Origin: an uncultured Alphaproteobacteria bacterium
GTDB taxonomy: Bacteria; Pseudomonadota; Alphaproteobacteria; Rhodobacterales; Rhodobacteraceae
Assembly (NCBI GenBank): GCA_963773475.1
Contig: CAVZBD010000002.1
Coordinates: 323,618-387,617 of the forward strand
Direction: 5' to 3'
Length of the DNA stretch: 64,000 nucleotides
The notes under the pieces were generated by a model. That model ran no database searches. It had not been told where the DNA came from and saw only the letters and a program-made list of their open reading frames with translations. Both the position numbers and the translations under genes were made by a program. Positions 58,455 to 64,000 of this stretch are shown piece by piece (within the stretch, counting starts at the first letter, position 1; the number at the start of each line of letters is the position of its first letter).

Positions 58455-58943
58455 ATGACACGCAGAGGCCTGCTGATATCGGGAGCCGCTGGCGCAGGGC
58501 TCGCGGCGGTGTTCGGCCGCTGGACCGCATCCGCCGCCGAGGGCAAGTTCGAGGTGACCCGCACCGAGGAGGAATGGCGGGCGATGCTGAACGACCTCGA
58601 GTACCGCGTCATGCGCGAGGAGGGGACCGAGCGCGCCTTCACCAGCCCGCTGAACGACGAGAAGCGCGACGGTGTCTTCCACTGCAAGGGCTGCGACCTG
58701 GGCCTCTATTCGTCCGAGACCAAGTACGACAGCGGCACCGGCTGGCCCTCGTTCTACGAGGCGCTGCCGGACGCGGTCGAGACGAAGCCCGACCGGACGC
58801 TGTTCATGGTGCGCACCGAGTGCCATTGCCGGCGCTGCGGCAGCCATCTGGGCCACATCTTCGACGACGGGCCGCCGCCGACCGGCAAGCGCCACTGCAT
58901 CAACGGGGTCAGCCTGAGCTTCGAGCCCGACGCCGCGGCCTGA
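58455..58943 (+). CDS. msrB: Peptide-methionine (R)-S-oxide reductase with Tat-like signal
   Basis: Intact; MTRRGLL signal; EGTERAF, CKGC, KYDSGTGWPSF, RTECHCRRCGSHLGHIFDDGPPPTGKRHCING. Confidence 0.95.
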   Translation: MTRRGLLISGAAGAGLAAVFGRWTASAAEGKFEVTRTEEEWRAMLNDLEYRVMREEGTERAFTSPLNDEKRDGVFHCKGCDLGLYSSETKYDSGTGWPSFYEALPDAVETKPDRTLFMVRTECHCRRCGSHLGHIFDDGPPPTGKRHCINGVSLSFEPDAAA

Positions 58944-59175
58944 GGACGACGGGGCCGGGAGGCCCCGCCTCGGGCGCCTCTGGCGAGGCGCCGCTCGGCG
59001 GTCCGGGACCGCCCCGCCTCGGGGCCCCCTGCGGGGACCCGCTCGCCGGTGCGGGCGCGCGGCCGCGCGCTGGCGACCCGACGCGGACGTCGGGGCTTGG
59101 GAAGGGTGTGGCGGGGGAGTGGTCGGGCGTGGGTCCGGGGGGCGGCGCGGGTTTTCCGCGGCTGCGGCGCGCGGG

Positions 59176-59798
59176 TCAGGCGAAGTTGCGGCTGGCCTTG
59201 ATCTGGTCCCACGCCCAGACGACTTCCTGCAGCCGCTCCTCGTCGCCGCGGTCGCCGCCGTTCATGTCGGGGTGCAGGTCCTTGACGAGGCTCTTGTACT
59301 GCGGCGGATCTCGACCTTCGACCAGGTGTCGCGGGCCTCGAGGATGTCGAGGGCGCGCCGCTCGGTCGAGGGCAGCTTGCGGCTCGCCTGCGGCTGGCCG
59401 CGGCCGGGGTTCTGGGTCGCCTTCTGGCCCAGGATCTGGTGCGGATCGTCGATGCCGAGCCGCGACCAGGCGCGCTGCTCCTCGCGGAAGGGGCGGGTGG
59501 CGCGGCCCCAGACGCGGTCGTCGTCGAGCTGCTTGACGAACTCGTCCTCGGTGGTGCCGTGGAAGAAGTTCCACTTCAGATTGTACTCGCGCACATGGTC
59601 CTTGCAGAACCACCAGTAGTCGTCCAGCACGTCGGGCGATTTCGGGGCGCGGTACTGGCCGGCCTCCTCGCATCCCGGATGGTCGCAGACCCTCGTCGAG
59701 GTCTCGAACGCACCGGTCATGCCGCGCTTCGACCGCTGCCTCTTCTTCTTCGCCGAAGAGACGCTGAGATCGAAACCGAAGGGGTCAGGCTTGGGCAT
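59176..59798 (-). CDS. J-domain (DnaJ-like) protein (one frameshift)
   Basis: CDHPGC, YRAPKSP, WFCKDHVREYN..WNFF, C-terminal J domain with LVKDLHPDMNGGDR. Confidence 0.88.
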
Positions 59799-59870
59799 GG
59801 CTCACCTTTTCGACTCGGGCGACGAAGTCTAGCGTCTCGTCCGGCAAGTTGAAGAGAGCAGGTGGCAAAA

Positions 59871-60129
59871 ATGAAGGTGGAAGACGAGATCCGGCAACGG
59901 CTCGAGCAGGCGTTCCGGCCGCGCGAACTCGAGCGTGGTGGACGACAGCGAGCGCCATCGCGGCCATGCCGGCTGGCGCGAGGGGGGTGAGACGCACTTC
60001 ACCGTGACGATGGCGGCGGACGCCTTCGCAGGAATGCCGCGGATCGCGCGGCACCGGGCGGTGCACGAGGCGCTGGGCGCCGACCTGCTGGGCCGGATCC
60101 ACGCGCTGGCGCTGAACCTGGGCGCCTAG
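59871..60129 (+). CDS. bolA: BolA family protein (one frameshift)
   Basis: IRQRLEQAF.P, DDSERHRGHAG, GETHF, RIARHRAVHEAL, IHALAL. Confidence 0.88.
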
Positions 60130-60482
60130 GCCGAGCTGTCGGGCCGGACCGCCGGGCCGAGGCCGCGGGCCGCGCGCAGGTCGCGGACCGTTTCGGGGCG
60201 GGGCGGGCGCACCGGGCGAACCGTCGGCTCGCTCACCTGCTCCTCGATGGCGCGGCGGAAGACCAGCACGTGCATGTCGATGATCCGCTTGCGGGCGCCG
60301 AACAGGCCCGTGCGCGCCTCGCCCGGCAGGCATTCGGCGCGCTGGAACTCCCACCCCTCGGCGGCCAGGTCGTTGAAAGTGTCGGCCAGCGCGTGGGCGA
60401 ACCGGTCTTCGGGACCGCGCTTCCCGCGCACCTTGGGCGCCCGGCTCGGCGCCGGGACGACCTTGTACTCGTATCTGGGCAT
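60126..60482 (-). CDS. DUF4177 domain protein
   Basis: Intact; MPRYEYKVVPAP...NDLAAEGWEFQRAECLP...VLVFRR. Confidence 0.8.
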   Translation of the reverse strand: MPRYEYKVVPAPSRAPKVRGKRGPEDRFAHALADTFNDLAAEGWEFQRAECLPGEARTGLFGARKRIIDMHVLVFRRAIEEQVSEPTVRPVRPPRPETVRDLRAARGLGPAVRPDSSA

Positions 60483-60642
60483 GACCCTCAGCACCCTCGC
60501 TTTGCTGCGGCGGCCAATCTAACACCACGCCCGGCCCTGTCCAACGGCCCGCGCCCCGCCCGCGGCGTTTTCGAGCCGATTTTGCGCAAGGCCGCGGCGC
60601 GCTGCCGCCGGCCTTGGCGGTCCGGCGACGAGGGCTGCGCGT

Positions 60643-62158
60643 TCAGGTGCGCGACAGCCTTTCCGCCACGATATCGTTGACGGCCTTGGGGTTGGCCTTG
60701 CCGCCCGTCGCCTTCATCACCTGGCCCACGAACCAGCCGGCGAGCTTGGGATTGGACTTGGCCTTCTCGACCTGGTCGGGGTTCTCGGCGATCACCTCGT
60801 CGACTTCGGCCTCGATCGCGCCGGTGTCGGTGACCTGCCGCATGCCGCGAGCCTCGACGATCTCGGCCGGGTCGCCGCCCTCGGTCCAGACGATCTCGAA
60901 CAGGTCCTTGGCGATCTTGCCCGAGATGTCGCCCTTGGCGATCAGGTCGATGATCGCGCCGAGCTGCGCCGCCGAGACCGGGCTGTCGCCGATCCCGTGC
61001 CCTTCCTTGTTGAGCCGCCCGAACAGCTCGTTGATGACCCAGTTCGCCGCCTGCTTGCCGTCGCGGCCCTGCGCCACCGCCTCGAAGAAGGCGGCGTTCT
61101 CGGTCTCGGCCGTCAGCACGCCGGCGTCGTACTCGGTCAGCCCGTATTCCTGCACGAAGCGCGCCTTCTTCTCGTCCGGCAGCTCGGGCAGCGAGGCGGC
61201 GATGCCGTCGACCCAGTCCTGCTCGATCTCGAGCGGCAGCAGGTCGGGGTCGGGGAAGTAGCGGTAGTCGTGCGCCTCTTCCTTGGAGCGCATCGAGCGC
61301 GTCTCGCCCCGGTCGGGGTCGTAGAGCCGGGTTTCCTGCACCACGGTCCCGCCGTCCTCGAGGATGCGCGATCTGGCGGCGCGCCTCGTACTCGATCGCC
61401 TGCTGGATGAAGCGCATCGAGTTCATGTTCTTGATCTCGCAGCGCGTGCCGAGCAGCTGTGGTCGCCCGTCTCGCGGTACTTCTCGTAGTCGCCGGGGCG
61501 GCAGACCGAGACGTTGACGTCGGCGCGCAGGTTGCCGTTCTGCATGTTGCCGTCGCAGGTGCCGAGGTAGCGCATGATCTGGCGCAGCTTGCGCGACGTA
61601 GGCCGCCGCCTCCTCGGGGCCGCGGATGTCGGGGCGGCTGACGATCTCCATCAGCGCGACGCCGGTGCGGTTGAGGTCGACGAAGGACATCGCCGGGTCC
61701 ATGTCGTGGATCGACTTGCCGGCGTCCTGCTCGACATGGATGCGCTCGATCCGCACCCGGCGCGCGATGCCCGGCCCCATGTCGACCAGCACCTCGCCCT
61801 CGCCGACGAGCGGGTGGTAGAGCTGGCTGATCTGGTAGCCCTGCGGCAGGTCGGGGTAGAAGTAGTTCTTGCGGTCGAACGCGCTGACCAGGTTGATCTG
61901 CGCCTTGAGGCCGAGGCCGGTACGCACCGCCTGCTCGACGCAGAACTCGTTGAGGACGGGCAGCATTCCCGGCATCGCCGCGTCGACGAAGCTGACGTTG
62001 GAGTTGGGCTCGGCGCCGAATTCGGTCGAGGCGCCCGAGAAGAGCTTGGCCCGGGAGCTGACCTGGGCGTGGACCTCGAGGCCGATGACCAGTTCCCAGT
62101 CGTCCCTGGCGCCGGCGATGACCTTGGGCTTGGGCGCGTCGTAGCTGAGGTCGAGCAT
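60643..62158 (-). CDS. gatB: Asp/Glu-tRNA amidotransferase subunit B (frameshifted)
   Basis: [71 protein letters not shown]. Confidence 0.96.
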
Positions 62159-62373
62159 GGCAGATCCCCGTGCAGGCTTGCGCGCGTTCTAAGCGAGGCC
62201 CCGCAACGCGACAAGGGCCAGCGGCAGGCCGGCTTTCGCGCGAATGCGGCCCGCCCCTCGGCGAGGTTCCGCCGAAGCGGCCGCGCGCGGGTTGCGCGGC
62301 GGGGCGTGCTTCGCCACCCTCCCCATGCCGCAGTGCAGCGCGGTCTTGAACCGGATCATCGATGCTCAGGAAC

Positions 62374-62955
62374 ATGCGAACCCGTCTGTCCGTCCTCGCC
62401 CTGGCGCTTCTGCCGCTGGCGGGATGCATGACGACCGGAGGCGCGCAGGATGAGCGTCCGCCGGTCATGCGCTGGGACCACCGGCCCGAGGCGCCGGTCT
62501 GGACGGCCTCGACGCTGGATGCGCTGCGGGGGCAGGGCGCGGTGCTGGCCATGACCGTGCCGGAGGACATCGAGACGTGGTGTCCGAAATACCCCGCGGC
62601 CAGCCTCGAGGAGCGGCGGCAGTTCTGGGCCGGCCTGCTGTCCACGCTGGCAAAGCACGAAAGCACCTGGCGCCCCGAGGCGGCCGGCGGCGGCGGCCGC
62701 TGGATCGGTCTGGTGCAGATCGCCCCGGCGACGGCGCAGAACTACGGCTGCGGCGCCCACAGCGTCTCGGCGCTGAAGAACGGGGCGGCCAACCTGGCCT
62801 GCGCGGTCCGGATCATGGCGCACACCGTCACCCGCGACGGGGTGATTTCGGCGGGCATGCGCGGGGTCGCGGCCGACTGGGGGCCGTTCCACAGCTCGGC
62901 CAAGCGTTCGGACATGGCGGCCTGGACCCGCGCGCAGCCCTACTGCCAGGGCTGA
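62374..62955 (+). CDS. SLT-domain lytic transglycosylase lipoprotein
   Basis: Intact; lipobox LAGC; LAKHESTW (catalytic Glu), GLVQI.P.TA, NLACAVRIM. Confidence 0.88.
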   Translation: MRTRLSVLALALLPLAGCMTTGGAQDERPPVMRWDHRPEAPVWTASTLDALRGQGAVLAMTVPEDIETWCPKYPAASLEERRQFWAGLLSTLAKHESTWRPEAAGGGGRWIGLVQIAPATAQNYGCGAHSVSALKNGAANLACAVRIMAHTVTRDGVISAGMRGVAADWGPFHSSAKRSDMAAWTRAQPYCQG

Positions 62956-62994
62956 CCCGGCGGCGGTCCGCCTTTGCGGCCGCCGAACCTTTCC

Positions 62995-63879
62995 TCAGAT
63001 CTGCGGAAGGCCCGCCCGGCGCACGAATGACGGGCGGCGGCTGCTGTCGACGAGGCTGACGGTCGGCGCGTGCCGCCCGCCGAGCGCCAGCGTCGCGCGG
63101 CGCATCACCTCGATCCCGTCCTCGGAGCGGACCGGCAAGCGTGTCGGGCTGGATCGGGGCGCCGATGCTCACGCGGAACGGCTGGCGCGCCTTGTTCAGC
63201 GTCTCGTGGAACAGCGTGATGTCGCGCAAGGTCGGGTGCATCAGGTCGAAGAGGTAGAACAGCACCGAGTTGCGCGCGCGGATGTTCACCGGGATCACCG
63301 GCAGGTCGTACTTGCGCGCGATCATCGCGGCCGACGTCATCCAGGGCCGCTCGAACAGCCGCAGGCCGCGACGCTTGGCCAGCCGGCCGGCGGGGAAGAT
63401 CACGCCCAGCCGTCCGCTCTCGATCGCGGTGCGGGTGTAGTTCATCGTCTCGCGCGTCTTGGCGGCTGCGCTTTTCCTCGCGCCATTCGACGGGGGCGAT
63501 CATGCTCTCCATCTGCGGCAGAACGCGCAGGATGTCGCGAGTTGGCGTAGAAGAAGAGGTCGGGCCGCAGCGGCGCGATCAGGTGGTGCAGGATGATCCC
63601 GTCGGCGATGCCCGTCGGGATGGTTGGCCACGAGCAGCGCCGGCCCCTTGCGCGGGATCCGCTCGAGCCCCGTCGACCTCGACGTCGCGCGCCAGCAGCG
63701 CGCCCATGGTCGCCATGATCTCGTCCGTGGGCTTGTCGCGGAAGTGATCGGCCAGCGCCAGGGTGCGTCCGTAGCCCAGAAGCCGGTTCAGGGCGCGCCG
63801 CGAGTGCGCGGCGAAGAAATGCGACCGCGAAGAGCCACGGGGCCCTTTCGGCGATCAGAGGGTCGAGTCTCTCGCGCAT
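62995..63879 (-). CDS. Lysophospholipid/glycerol acyltransferase family protein (frameshifted; end approximate)
   Basis: MRERLDPLIAERAPWL, ANHPTGIADG (HxxxxD), IFPAGRLA, LPVIPVNI..RNS.LFY. Confidence 0.85.
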
Positions 63880-64000
63880 GGCGGGGTGACACCACATTTG
63901 TGCGAAGCTTCTTTGACAATGCACGATTTCGGGACCCGTTCCACCCTGGGGGCAAGAACGTGGCACAAAAACGCCCGGAACAGGGTCCGGGCGTCCTTGG

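Overview
Very GC-rich chromosomal window from an alphaproteobacterium of the Rhodobacterales. Gene order supports this: hisB-H-A-F-E interleaved with DUF2147/DUF302, DUF1127-CcsR divergent from the UpsM-mraZ-led dcw cluster, DUF2484 after murC, and cobS/cobT-J-domain-bolA-gatB. Contents are metY, tRNA-Tyr, rlmB, his genes, tRNA-Gly, TerC, pyc, an alpha-hydroxy-acid oxidase, uvrD, the dcw cluster from mraZ to ftsZ-lpxC-bamD-recN, an FAD oxidase, a ClC channel, aminopeptidase P, cobTS, msrB, gatB, a lytic transglycosylase and an acyltransferase. Most conserved genes, including essential ones, carry many single-base frameshifts. These are almost certainly consensus errors, so the ends of frameshifted genes are approximate. 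No CRISPR, transposase or prophage was seen. The most notable observations are: (1) an unannotated ~70-85 nt terminator-ended RNA at ~5735-5820 with three complementary patches to the UpsM/mraZ leader 16 kb away, a StsR-like candidate; (2) an intact secreted 12-Cys protein carrying the insect/viral Diedel signature CNIFGCNCDGGC fused to two EF-hands; (3) a C-rich higher-order tandem repeat and a six-hairpin array inside the dcw operon; (4) a possible tandem NrdR box upstream of ftsZ; (5) two intact orphan secreted proteins splitting cobS from cobT.
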